Positions 1 to 9,222 of a stretch of 64,000 bases of DNA are shown piece by piece (position 1 is the first letter of the stretch; every line of letters starts with the position of its first letter). The stretch comes from Polyangiales bacterium (GTDB lineage Bacteria; Myxococcota_A; Polyangia; Polyangiales; JADJQN01), in the NCBI GenBank assembly GCA_964202905.1, contig CAXNJO010000001.1, positions 768,001 to 832,000 of the forward strand, written 5' to 3'. Made by a program: the position numbers and the translations under genes. Under the pieces are notes generated by a model. It saw nothing but the letters and a program-made list of their open reading frames with translations, ran no database searches and was not told the DNA's origin.

Positions 1-171
1 GACGACCTCGTCGACGCCCGCATCGCTCCGCGTCTCCGCGTCCATCGCGAGCCCCGCATCCGCGGTTGGCCCGCGCCCCGGCGTGAGGTCCACGTCACCG
101 CACGCCGCGAGCGCGAGCGCGAGCAGCGCGATGAGCGCGGAAGTCCGGTTGAAAGACCGAGCGAGGGTCAC
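1..171 (-). CDS. Lipoprotein, N-terminal part only (runs off window start)
   Basis: Manual translation MTLARSFNRTSALIALLALALAAC-GDVDLTPG... shows a lipobox (LAAC). The GTG start overlaps the TGA of the upstream gene (GTGA coupling at 168-171). Not in the ORF track. Confidence 0.7.
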   Translation of the reverse strand, partial: MTLARSFNRTSALIALLALALAACGDVDLTPGRGPTADAGLAMDAETRSDAGVDEVV

Positions 172-791
172 TCAGGGAGAGGGAGGCCGTCGCAGAGCAC
201 GATCCGGAAGTGCGCGGGGCCGGTCTCGGACTCGGGGGTGTAGAGGTCGCGGCGGACGGTCATCGCGCCGCGCTGCTCGAGGCCGATCATCTTGTTCATC
301 TGCGCGCCGCAGAGGACGTCGCCCTCGATCTGCGGGTTGCCCACGTCGTCCATCGTCTTCGCGATGTTGGTGACCTGGCACGGCGCCTCGAGCGAGGGCG
401 TGCCGCCGCTGACGGTGCCGACGAAGGTGTTGCCGCCCTCGGTGACGGTGACCTGACCCGAGGTGCCCACCGGGAGGCCCGTCGCCGCGTTGTACGCGAC
501 GTTGGCGAGCGCGATGCTGAAGCGCGTGCGCATGTCGATCGGGTCGACCGCCGAGAGGCGGAAGGCGAGGGTCGAGCCGGCGCTCGAGGTGCCCGCAGTG
601 CAGCTCACCGTGATGCCGCCCTCGTTGTTGTAGCCGTTGATGTCGCGGTCCTTCGAGAAGCAGCCGCTGCGGCCGCCGCAGCCGAGCGTGTAGCGGAAGT
701 CGGCGAGCGGCTCGATGGGCTCGTCGTCGCCGCAGCCGGCGACACCGAGGACCGAGAGGAGCGCGAGCGAGGAGAGCGAGAGGCGGCGCAT
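168..791 (-). CDS. Hypothetical Cys-containing lipoprotein
   Basis: C-terminal part of track ORF 168..2627, from MRRLSLSSLALLSVLGVAGC-GDDE (signal peptide and lipobox); normal globular composition. Confidence 0.8.
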   Translation of the reverse strand: MRRLSLSSLALLSVLGVAGCGDDEPIEPLADFRYTLGCGGRSGCFSKDRDINGYNNEGGITVSCTAGTSSAGSTLAFRLSAVDPIDMRTRFSIALANVAYNAATGLPVGTSGQVTVTEGGNTFVGTVSGGTPSLEAPCQVTNIAKTMDDVGNPQIEGDVLCGAQMNKMIGLEQRGAMTVRRDLYTPESETGPAHFRIVLCDGLPLPE

Positions 792-892
792 GCGGGGGAT
801 CCTCCGAGGCGGGGGCGCACGGCCCTCCGAAGACTGAGGCGGGGAGGCTAACGCCCGCGCCGCGGGGTGGCAACCAAGGGCGCGCCGCGCGC

Positions 893-2084
893 TCAGCGCG
901 ACGCAGCCGCGGCGGCGTCGAGCCCGCGCGCGAGGTCGGTCTGCAGATCGTCGAACGCCTCGAGGCCGACCGAGAGCCGGATGAGCCCGTCCGAGATGCC
1001 GAGCTTCGCGCGCGTCTCCGCGGGCACCGAGCCGTGCGTCATCACCGCGGGGAGCTCGATGAGCGACTCGACGCCGCCGAGGCTCTCCGCGCACACGAAG
1101 ATGCGCGTTGTGCGGAGCAGCGCGCGCGAGGCCGCCTCGCCGCCGCGCACCACGAACGAGATCATGCCCCCCGGCCCGCGCATCTGCGCCTGCGCGAGCG
1201 CGTGCTGCGGGTGCGAGGCGAGCCCCGGGTAGTAGACGCGCTCGACCTGCGGCTGCTGCTCGAGCCACGCCGCGAGCTTCGCCGCGCTCTCGACGTGGCG
1301 CGCCATGCGCACGGGCAGCGTCTTCACGCCGCGCAACACGAGGAAGCAGTCGAAGGGCGAGGGCACGCCGCCGAGCGCGTTCTGCAGGAAGCGCAGGCGC
1401 TCGGCGAGCGCGGCGTCGCTCGTGAGGATCACGCCGCCGACCACGTCGCTGTGGCCGTTCAGGTACTTCGTCATCGAGTGCAGGACGAGGTCCGCGCCGA
1501 GCTCGAGAGGACGTTGCAGGATGGGGGTCGCGAAGGTGTTGTCGACGCCCACCTTCACGCCGTGCGCGTGCGCGATGTCCGCGACGGCGCGGATGTCGAC
1601 GAGCTTCAGCATCGGGTTCGTCGGCGTCTCGATCCAGACGAGGCGCGTCTCGGGCCGGATGGCCGCGGCGACGTTCGCGGGGTTCGTCATGTCGACCCAC
1701 GAGGTCGTGATGCCGAGCGGCGCCATGACCTTGTCGAGGATGCGGAAGGTGCCGCCGTACACGTCGTCGCAGGCGACGATGTGCTCGCCCGCGCGCAGCG
1801 TGTGAAAGAGCGTCGTCATCGCCGCGCAGCCCGACGCGAAGGCGAGGCCGTGCGCGGCGCCCTCGAGCGCGGCGAGGCAGGCCTCGAGCGTCTGACGCGT
1901 GGGGTTGCCCGTGCGCGCGTACTCGAAGCCCTTGTGCACGCCGGGGCCGTCCTGCGCGAAGGTGCTCGCGAGCACGATCGGCGGCATCACGGCGCCCGAG
2001 ACCGGGATCGGGCTGCTGGCCCGCGTGGATGGCGAGCGTGTCGAGGTGGTAGGTCGCGTCGGGGGCGTCGGGGGCGTGGGACAT
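893..2084 (-). CDS. metB: Cystathionine gamma-synthase/gamma-lyase (Cys/Met metabolism PLP enzyme); +1 frameshift near 2004-2006
   Basis: Motifs YARTGNPT, FASG, DDVYGGT, ETPTNP, DNTFATP, HSMTKYLNGHSDV (PLP Lys), ESLGGVESL, IRLSVGLE. The N-terminus TLAIHAGQQPDP is in a different frame; removing one base of the GGG at 2004-2006 restores PDPVSGAVMPP. Confidence 0.9.
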
Positions 2085-2192
2085 CAGGGGCGCGAGCGTG
2101 GCGCGCGCGTCGCGGCGCGGCAAACGTCGCGCCGGCGAGGCCCGAATCTCCGTGCGCGGCCGCGTTCTTCGGGCACATTGCGCCACCCCGCG

Positions 2193-2768
2193 ATGCCCTC
2201 CGCGAAGCGCCCGTCTCCGCCCGCCAACCCCCGCGCGAAGCGCGCGCGGACCGCCCCGCTCGCGTCTCCGACCGCGCCCGTCGAGCCTTCCCGCACGGAT
2301 GAGCGCCCGCTCGGCAAGACGCTCGCGTTCATGCAGCAGCTCTGGCGGCTCACGCACGCGCTCGACGCGATGTCGAAGCACATGGAGGCGATCCACGGCG
2401 TGACCGGCCCGCAGCGGCTCGCGCTGCGCCTCGTCGGCCGCGCGCCCGGCATCTCCGCGGGGGCGCTCGCGGAGGCCCTGCGCCTGCACCCGAGCACGCT
2501 CACCGGCATCGTGCGCCGCCTCGTCGAGCGCGAGTTCCTCGCGCGCACGCCGGACCCGGAGGACGCGCGCCGCGCGCTGCTCTCGCTGCGGCCCGCGGGC
2601 TGCAGCCTCGACGAGCAGCGCACGCACACGGTCGAGGCCGCCGTGCGCCGCGCCATGCAGCGCGTCAGCCCCGAGCAGCTCGCGGGCGCCTCCGCCGTGA
2701 TCGCCGAGCTGATCCGCGAGCTCGAGCGCGAGACGGCCGCCTCCGCGGCCCGCGGCGCCGCGCGCTGA
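2193..2768 (+). CDS. MarR-family transcriptional regulator
   Basis: GVTGPQRLALRLV...GALAEALRLHPSTLTGIVRRLVEREFLARTPDPEDARR is a winged-helix MarR signature. Start uncertain. Confidence 0.85.
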   Translation: MPSAKRPSPPANPRAKRARTAPLASPTAPVEPSRTDERPLGKTLAFMQQLWRLTHALDAMSKHMEAIHGVTGPQRLALRLVGRAPGISAGALAEALRLHPSTLTGIVRRLVEREFLARTPDPEDARRALLSLRPAGCSLDEQRTHTVEAAVRRAMQRVSPEQLAGASAVIAELIRELERETAASAARGAAR

Positions 2769-2849
2769 CCGAAAATAGGCCGAAAAGCCCCGAAAAAGGA
2801 GCCTTCTTGCAGGCGAGGGCGGCGGTGAGCGGCCCGCCGTCGCGCCGCG

Positions 2850-4121
2850 TCAGGTGCGCACGCCGTAGAGGCGGTAGACGCGGTCGAGCTTGCCGCCGAG
2901 CGCCTGGATCGGGCTGTTGATCAGGTCGTTGTCCTCGAGGGTCCAGCCGATCTCGCCGCCCGACATGCCGAGCTCCTTCGCGCGGAGCGCCGTCTCGACG
3001 CAGAGCAGCGACTCGACGCCGCGCTTGCGGTACGCCGGCACGACACCGAGCGTGAAGAGGCGGCCCGTCTTCACGGACTTCATGCCCGTGAGCAGCTTGT
3101 ACCAGCCGAAGGGGAAGAGGCGGCCGTCGCGCGGCATGACCTGGTTGACGTCGGGCAGCGTGACGGAGAAACCGACCGGCTTGCCGGCGCGGTCCTCGAC
3201 GACGAGCACGAGGCTGTCGACGATGATCTGCTTCAGGTCCTTCGCGATCATCTTGAACTCGGCCTCGCTCACCGGGACGAAGCCCCAGTTGCGCTGCCAG
3301 GCCTGGTTGTAGATCGTGAAGATCGTCGCGACCTCGCGCTCGAACTCGCCCATGCGCGCGCCGCGGATCGTGAGGCCCGAGCGCTTCTTCACCTTCTCGG
3401 CGATGTCGGCGAAGCGCTTGAGGCGCGGGTCGTCGAGGCCGCGCGTCACGTCGATCCACCAGGCGTGCAGGTCCTTCGCCTTCGCGAGGCCGTACGACTC
3501 GAGCAGGCCCGCGTAGTAGGCGGGGTTGTAGGTCATCTCGATGACCGGTGGCCGCTCGAAGTTCTGCACCAGCAGGCCGCACTGGTGGTTGGTGGTGAAG
3601 TTCATCGGGCCGATGATCTCGGTCGCCCCGCGCGACCGCACCCAGCGCAGCGCCTCGTCGAGCAGCGCGTGCGCGACGCGCCGATCGTCGATCGACTCGA
3701 AGAAGCCGAACCAGCCCGCCTTGGTGCCGTGGTAGGCGTCGTACGCGCGGTCGATGTGGCCCGTGATGCGGCCGACGCAGCGCCCCTCGCGGTACGCGAG
3801 GACCGCGTGGATCTCGAGCTGCGCGAGGCTCTGGTTCTTCGCGAGGTCGAGGAAGTGCATCTGCTGCATGCGCAGCGGCGCGATGAAGTGCGGGTCGCCC
3901 GCGTAGAGCGGGTGGATCATGTCGACGAAGCGCGCGCGGTCGCCGCGCTTGCGGAGGTCGACGACCTCGAGGGTCACCGCGCCCGGGTCGCGCGAGCGGG
4001 TCGGCGGGCCGGGCTCCCAGCGCGGGAGATCGCTGGGCGGCTTGCCGAAGGGGTGCTCCTCCGCGGCGGTGCGCGACGGTTCGGAGGGCGGGCTCGGCGG
4101 GCGCGGATCAGGGCTCGACAT
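2850..4121 (-). CDS. YghO-like GNAT N-acyltransferase (bacterial ceramide synthase-like family)
   Basis: GRITGHID, GWFGFFESIDD, IIGPMNFTTNHQCGLL, MTYNPAYY, NWGFVP, LPDVNQ, LGVVPAYRKRG, GWTLEDN. Confidence 0.8.
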   Translation of the reverse strand: MSSPDPRPPSPPSEPSRTAAEEHPFGKPPSDLPRWEPGPPTRSRDPGAVTLEVVDLRKRGDRARFVDMIHPLYAGDPHFIAPLRMQQMHFLDLAKNQSLAQLEIHAVLAYREGRCVGRITGHIDRAYDAYHGTKAGWFGFFESIDDRRVAHALLDEALRWVRSRGATEIIGPMNFTTNHQCGLLVQNFERPPVIEMTYNPAYYAGLLESYGLAKAKDLHAWWIDVTRGLDDPRLKRFADIAEKVKKRSGLTIRGARMGEFEREVATIFTIYNQAWQRNWGFVPVSEAEFKMIAKDLKQIIVDSLVLVVEDRAGKPVGFSVTLPDVNQVMPRDGRLFPFGWYKLLTGMKSVKTGRLFTLGVVPAYRKRGVESLLCVETALRAKELGMSGGEIGWTLEDNDLINSPIQALGGKLDRVYRLYGVRT

Positions 4122-4207
4122 GGCGCGGCGCAGCATCGAACCAAACCCCGGCGGAGGCAAGCGTTCCGCGGCGCGCCGCGGCGCGTGACGCGGTGTGAAC
4201 CGCGCCG

Positions 4208-4852
4208 TCAGGGGCCGACGACGAAGGGCGCGGCGACGACCGCGCAGCGCCCGGCGCCCGGCGCTGGGAACGTCCAGCGCAGCGCGGCGCGTCCGACGCA
4301 GCCGATGAGGGCGTCGTCCTGCACGCCGCCGACGTGCACCGCCTCGACCGCGCCTGCGCCGCCGACGCGCAGGCGCACGTCGAGACGGCCGGCGAGCGTC
4401 GGGACCGCCGCGCGCCGCGCCTCGATGCACGCGAGCACGGCGCGTCCCTCGCGCCCGATCACGGCGCGCACCGCGCCCGCATCGAGCTGCGCTTCGCACG
4501 ACCAGGTGGGCGGCGCCGTGTCGCGCACCTGCGTCACGGGCGGGGCGCTCGCGGCCGCCGTGGCGGGCGCGCGTCCCGCAGGCGCATCGCCGGGCACCGC
4601 GTTGCGGGCCGGCCCGACCGCGGGCCCAGCGGCCGTCGCCGCGACCAGGGCCGTGTCACGCGCGGCGAGCCGCTCCTCGAGCGAATCGACCCGCGCGGCG
4701 AGCCGCAAGTGCCCCCAGGCGGCCCCGGCGACGAGCAGCGCGGTGAGCGCCCACGGGCCGTAGTAGCGCAGCACGGGCGCGAGCGGCGGCGCGTTCGGCG
4801 TCGTCCGTCCGTGTTGCGGTGGTTCGCCGCGCGTCTCGTCGGGGTCGCTCAT
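4208..4852 (-). CDS. Bitopic protein with AgmX/PglI C-terminal (TonB-C-like) domain
   Basis: N-terminal TM helix, Ala/Pro linker, C-terminal AVRAVIGR..VLACIE..LAGRLDVRLRVG..G.V..CV..AALRWTFPAP. Confidence 0.7.
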   Translation of the reverse strand: MSDPDETRGEPPQHGRTTPNAPPLAPVLRYYGPWALTALLVAGAAWGHLRLAARVDSLEERLAARDTALVAATAAGPAVGPARNAVPGDAPAGRAPATAAASAPPVTQVRDTAPPTWSCEAQLDAGAVRAVIGREGRAVLACIEARRAAVPTLAGRLDVRLRVGGAGAVEAVHVGGVQDDALIGCVGRAALRWTFPAPGAGRCAVVAAPFVVGP

Positions 4853-4865
4853 CGGGATGCGACGC

Positions 4866-6605
4866 TCAGTCCTCGAAGATTACCCGGCACGTCGTGGTCG
4901 TGTCGCTGTAGCCGCCGCCCGCCACGTTGAGCAGGGCCCAGCCCACGCCCGGATCCGCGCGGCCGTTGGACGTGCCCGTCCACGTCTCGGCGTCGGTGAG
5001 GTAGCAGTCCCACGGCGTCCATTCGTTGACGCCGCCGTTGCTGTCGGTCCCATCCACGTCGTTGTTCGAGACGCGCCACGCGCGCGTCGACGTGGAGAGG
5101 AACAGCCTTTCCGACCGCGATGCGGAGTTCCCCGTACCATCCCAATTGACCATCACGATCGTCGTCTGGCACCCGTCGGCGTCGCGGCAGAGCGCGTCGA
5201 GAATCGTGTTGTCGATCGGCACCACGCGACCGATGTTCGCGGGGGGCGCCTCGATGACGTAGCGCCGCGTGCTCATCTCGTACGCGCCGGGCGACGCCGC
5301 ACCGACCTGGATCAGGCCGTCCGAGCGGAGCTCGCCGTTGACGTCCACGAGCGTGCCGCCCGCGGGCGCGACGAGCAGGCCGTTCGAGATGCTGAGGGAG
5401 TCGCTCGCTTCGGCGTCGGAGATGACACCATCGTCCGCGATGGTGTCGGCCGTCGGGTCGCCCGTGGCGCTGACGCACGTCACCGTGCCGTTCGTCGCGA
5501 TCGAGGCGATGGCCTGTCCCGCCGGGCAGGTGCCGGTCACGCGCGCCTGGAGCGCCGCGGTGTCGACCGCGAAGGTCGTGCCGGTGAGCGTGAGGCCCGC
5601 GCCCGCGGCGTAGGTGGTGTCGTCGTCGGCCTCGCAGGTGACGGCGCCGTCGGCGGCGATCGCGCGGATCGACTGGCCGGGCGCGCACGTGGCGGAGACG
5701 CGCGCCTGGACGGCGGCGGTGTCGACCGAGAAGGTGCTGCCCGCGAGCGTGAGGCCCGCGCCCGCGGCGTAGGTGGTGTCGTCGTCGGCCTCGCAGGTGA
5801 CGGCGCCGTCGGCGGCGATCGCGCGGATCGATTGGCCGGGCGCGCACGTGGCGGAGACGCGGGCCTGGACGGCGGCGGTGTCGACGGAGAAGGTGCTGCC
5901 CGCGAGCGTGAGGCCTGCGCCCGCGGTGTAGGTGGTGCCCGCGGCGCCCGCGTCGTCGATCTCGCAGGTGACGGAGCCGTCCGCGCCGATCGCGCGGATC
6001 GACTGGCCGGGCGCGCAGGTCGCGGTGACGCGGGCCTGGATCGTGGCGGTGTCGACGGCGAAGGTGTTGTCCGTGAGGGCGAGGCCTGCGCCCGCCGCGT
6101 AGGTGTTGCCGTCGTCGGTGCCGTCCGCGAAGCCCGTCGGCACCCCGGTGAGCTGCGCCCAGTCGACGTCGCCGGCGTAGTTCTCCGCGGTGTCGGCGCT
6201 TGCTGCGCGGAAGGCGTAGGGCACGGCGGAGAGCGGGATCGGCGCCATCTCCTCGCCGTCCACGGTGACGACGAGCGACACCGGACCGGCATCGAAGAGC
6301 GCCGGATCGATCGGCGTCGTGCCGCCGAGCGTGAGCGTGAAGAGGCCCGCCTGCAGGGTCGTGCTCTGCGCCTCCGTCCACAGCGAGCGCGTCGCGGTGC
6401 GGAGCTCCATCGCGAAGGGCACGGTGCCCTCGACGGGCGTGCCCGCGTCGTCGCGCAGGATGCCCTGCACGGTCATCGTGCCGGGGACCTGGGCCGCCGC
6501 GCGCGAGGGCGCGAGGCCCGCTTCCGCGCCGAGCCCCGCGAGGGCGAGCGCCGCGAGCGCCGTGAGCGCCGCCCGTGTCCGCATCCTGTCGAACGTCGTT
6601 CCCAT
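4866..6605 (-). CDS. Secreted fibre/adhesin-like protein with four ~53-aa tandem repeats
   Basis: Signal peptide (..AAAQ); N-terminal VQGILRD...GLFTLTLG...LSAVPYA domain typical of tail-fibre-like surface proteins; 4x TYxAGAGLTL...QARV...CxxGQxI..I..DG.VTC; Cys/Trp-rich C-terminal head. Alternative start at 6584. Confidence 0.75.
   Translation of the reverse strand: MGTTFDRMRTRAALTALAALALAGLGAEAGLAPSRAAAQVPGTMTVQGILRDDAGTPVEGTVPFAMELRTATRSLWTEAQSTTLQAGLFTLTLGGTTPIDPALFDAGPVSLVVTVDGEEMAPIPLSAVPYAFRAASADTAENYAGDVDWAQLTGVPTGFADGTDDGNTYAAGAGLALTDNTFAVDTATIQARVTATCAPGQSIRAIGADGSVTCEIDDAGAAGTTYTAGAGLTLAGSTFSVDTAAVQARVSATCAPGQSIRAIAADGAVTCEADDDTTYAAGAGLTLAGSTFSVDTAAVQARVSATCAPGQSIRAIAADGAVTCEADDDTTYAAGAGLTLTGTTFAVDTAALQARVTGTCPAGQAIASIATNGTVTCVSATGDPTADTIADDGVISDAEASDSLSISNGLLVAPAGGTLVDVNGELRSDGLIQVGAASPGAYEMSTRRYVIEAPPANIGRVVPIDNTILDALCRDADGCQTTIVMVNWDGTGNSASRSERLFLSTSTRAWRVSNNDVDGTDSNGGVNEWTPWDCYLTDAETWTGTSNGRADPGVGWALLNVAGGGYSDTTTTCRVIFED
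5475..6105 (-). repeat. Coding tandem repeat, 159-bp period, four copies
   Basis: gagcgtgaggcccgcgcccgcggcgtagg recurs at 5586 and 5745 (159 nt apart); the central copies differ by only a few, mostly synonymous, bases. Confidence 0.9.
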
Positions 6606-6656
6606 GTGCCCCGTCCGTTCGCGTCGCATCGCACCCTCCCGGTCGAACCCTCCGCG

Positions 6657-6672
6657 AGCATCCGGCAAGCCG
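6657..6672 (-). promoter_or_regulatory. Possible sigma54 (-24/-12) promoter for the fibre gene
   Basis: Minus strand CGGCTTGCCGGATGCT fits GG-N10-GC about 50 nt upstream of ATG 6605; imperfect match to consensus. Confidence 0.3.
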
Positions 6673-6775
6673 GGCGCGCGCGTCAATCGCGCATGTGCCC
6701 TCGAGACTCGGTCCCCTCGCGGTTGACAGGGCGCCCTCGCTTGACGGAGAGTCCGCCTTCGGAGGCAACGTCGCG

Positions 6776-7141
6776 ATGTCCTCGATCCGAGGGTGGCTGC
6801 ATGTAGGGATCGTCGTGTGCGCCGGCCTCGTGGGCTGCGGGACCGGCAGCGGCGGGACCATCACGGTTCCGTGCGATGAGGCGCGCTGCAACGAGTCGTG
6901 CGTCGGCGAGGGCGACGCGAGCGGGGCCTGCCGCGAGGATGCGTGCGTCTGCGTGCCCATCCTGCGTCCGCCCCCCGGCGCGTCGGTGGGGATCTCCTCG
7001 GGCGGCGTCGTCGCGCGCCGCTCGAACGGCTATTCGATCGAGCTCTCCGTCGGGCCGGTGACGCCCGCTGCGACGCCTGCCGGGCCTGCGAATGTCGAGA
7101 TCGGCGTCACGCCGCAGGCCGACCCCGCCCGCACGCCGTGA
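6776..7141 (+). CDS. Small Cys-rich lipoprotein
   Basis: MSSIRGWLHVGIVVCAGLVGC lipobox; CDEARCNESC...GACREDACVC module; GGAGG Shine-Dalgarno at 6761; stop overlaps the next start. Confidence 0.75.
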   Translation: MSSIRGWLHVGIVVCAGLVGCGTGSGGTITVPCDEARCNESCVGEGDASGACREDACVCVPILRPPPGASVGISSGGVVARRSNGYSIELSVGPVTPAATPAGPANVEIGVTPQADPARTP

Positions 7142-9123
7142 GCAGCGCGGGCCCCGCACCGATCGTGCGCCACGTCGCGGCCGCGCTCACCGCGGTCGCC
7201 TTGCTGTCGTTCGCGATCGCGCGCCCGGCGCGCGCGCAATCGCCCTTCCGGCTCGACGTGCAGCACCTGCACCCGAGCGCCATGCCCGACTCGGGCCTCG
7301 CGACCGAGGGCGGCGCGGGTCTGCCGGCGTGGACGCTCTCCTTCGCGACGACGTTTCACCGGGGCGAGACCCTGCTCCGCGCGAGCACGGCGGACGGCGC
7401 GACGCAGGCGATCCTGCTCGCGGATCAGGCCGTGCTCGAGCCCGCGATCGCGCTCGGTCTGCCGGGCGGCTTCGCGGTGCAGTTCTCGTGGCCGCTCGTG
7501 CTCCTCGCGAGCGACACGCCCGAGGCGCGGGCGATCACGCTCGCGCCGCTGCGCGGGCAGGGCATCGGCGACCCGCGCTTCCAACTCTCGTATCGCCACG
7601 AAATCACGAATGATTTGCGCGTTCTCGGCGCGCTCACGGCGACGGTGCCCTCGGTCTCGGGGACGGGCGAGGGCGTGTGGGCCGAGCTCGGCGCGGAGCC
7701 GAGCGCCTCGCTGCACGGCATCGCGGGGCTCGAGGGCCGCGTCGCGATCCTCGTACTCCGCGCCAACGTCGGCGTGCGCGGGCGCCTCGGCGACGCGGCG
7801 CTCGGCGCGCAGTTCACGATCGGCAGCGAGCTCACCTTCGCGGGCGCGGTCGAACTCAGGCCGCTCCGGCAGCTGCACGTGCTCGCCGAGGTGCACGGGT
7901 CGAGCGCGTTCGACGGCTTCGGCACGCGGGACCGCACGCCGCTCGAGCTTCTCTTCGGCGCGCGCGTCCACCCGCATTCCGACCTCGAGATCACGCCCTT
8001 CGTGGGGGTCGGGCTGAGCGAGGGCTACGGCACCCCGGCCTGGCGCGCTGGGTTGGCGCTCCGCTTCTACCTGCACCGGCACGACGCGGACGGCGACGGC
8101 GTCGAGGACGCGGACGACCGCTGTCCCGGCGAGGACGAGGACCGCGACGGCTTCGAGGACGGGGACGGCTGCATCGACGCCGACGACGACGCGGACGGAG
8201 TGCCGGACGCCGTCGATCGCTGCCCGCGCGTGGCGGGGCTCGGTGCGCTCGCGGGCTGCCCCGATCCCGACGGCGATCACGACGGCGTCGGCGCGGGCGA
8301 CCGCTGCCCCGCCGAGGCCGAGGACGCGGACCACTTCGAGGACGAGGACGGCTGCCCGGAGGCCGACAACGACCGCGACGGACTCGACGACGCGGCCGAC
8401 CGCTGCCCAACGCAGGCCGAGGACCGCGACGGCTTCGAGGACGACGACGGCTGCCCGGAGCCCGACAACGACCGCGACGGAATCGCAGACGCCCGCGACA
8501 CATGCCCGCGGGAGGCCGAGGACCGCGACGGCTTCGAGGACGACGACGGCTGCGTCGAGGCGGACAACGACGGCGACGGCGTCGCGGACGGCGAGGACGG
8601 ACCGCCCGACCCCGGCGGTCACTTCGGGGTGTGCCGCAACCTCCCGGAGACCGCGGGCGGGCGCGACGCGCGCGAGCCGGACGGCTGCCCCGACAGCGCG
8701 GTCCGCGTGGACGTCGCCGCGCGCCGGATCCGCGTGCCGCCCGTCTTCTTCGACACCGACGCCGACGTCATCCAGGAGCGCAGCTTCGCGGACCTCGTCT
8801 ACGTCACGGAGATCCTCGCCGCGAACCCGTGGATCCGCCGGCTCGTCGTCGAGGGCCACACCGACGACCGCGGCTCCGACGACCACAACCTCGACCTCTC
8901 GCAGCGGCGCGCGGCGAGCGTCGTGCGCTTCCTCGTCGAGCGCGGCGTCGTTGCGGATCGGCTCGTGCCGCGCGGCTTCGGGCGCGCGCGACCGCCGACC
9001 GTCGTCGACGAGCCTGCTTGCCGCGACGCGCGCTCGACGGCGTGCCGGCAGGGCGCGCGGCGCGTGGTGTTCGTGATCGACGAGGTCGCCTCGGACGACG
9101 CACCGACCGCCCCGAACCCCTGA
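7138..9123 (+). CDS. OmpA-family outer-membrane protein with N-terminal beta-barrel and thrombospondin type 3 repeats (TraB-like architecture)
   Basis: Signal peptide, amphipathic beta-strand region, repeated DxDGDGxxDxxDRCP / EDRDGFEDDDGCP, C-terminal VFFDTD...VEGHTDDRG...NLDLSQRRAASV...RRVVF OmpA domain. Confidence 0.9.
   Translation: MSSAGPAPIVRHVAAALTAVALLSFAIARPARAQSPFRLDVQHLHPSAMPDSGLATEGGAGLPAWTLSFATTFHRGETLLRASTADGATQAILLADQAVLEPAIALGLPGGFAVQFSWPLVLLASDTPEARAITLAPLRGQGIGDPRFQLSYRHEITNDLRVLGALTATVPSVSGTGEGVWAELGAEPSASLHGIAGLEGRVAILVLRANVGVRGRLGDAALGAQFTIGSELTFAGAVELRPLRQLHVLAEVHGSSAFDGFGTRDRTPLELLFGARVHPHSDLEITPFVGVGLSEGYGTPAWRAGLALRFYLHRHDADGDGVEDADDRCPGEDEDRDGFEDGDGCIDADDDADGVPDAVDRCPRVAGLGALAGCPDPDGDHDGVGAGDRCPAEAEDADHFEDEDGCPEADNDRDGLDDAADRCPTQAEDRDGFEDDDGCPEPDNDRDGIADARDTCPREAEDRDGFEDDDGCVEADNDGDGVADGEDGPPDPGGHFGVCRNLPETAGGRDAREPDGCPDSAVRVDVAARRIRVPPVFFDTDADVIQERSFADLVYVTEILAANPWIRRLVVEGHTDDRGSDDHNLDLSQRRAASVVRFLVERGVVADRLVPRGFGRARPPTVVDEPACRDARSTACRQGARRVVFVIDEVASDDAPTAPNP
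8080..8695 (+). repeat. Thrombospondin type 3 (Ca-binding) coding repeats
   Basis: Recurrent gaggaccgcgacggcttcgaggacgacgacggctgc encoding EDRDGFEDDDGC. Confidence 0.85.
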
Positions 9124-9222
9124 AAAAAGGGCGTTTCGGGGGCCTCGTCCATGCGGCGCGGCGGCATCGGCGGCCGGTCTCGCGCGCGACGAAGCGCCCG
9201 CTGAGGCCGGCGCGCGGCGGCG

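Noticed and set aside
2004..2006. Programmed ribosomal frameshifting in metB and the other broken genes
   Set aside because: No slippery heptamer or shared context; the scattered pattern fits consensus errors better.
4866..6605. Prophage tail fibre or diversity-generating retroelement target
   Set aside because: It has a Sec signal peptide; there are no phage genes, reverse transcriptase or adenine-specific template/variable repeat pair in the window.
6776..9123. Calling the pair traA-traB
   Set aside because: The upstream lipoprotein is only 121 aa, with no PA14-like variable domain, long Cys-repeat stalk or MYXO-CTERM; TSP3-OmpA paralogs are common in myxobacteria.
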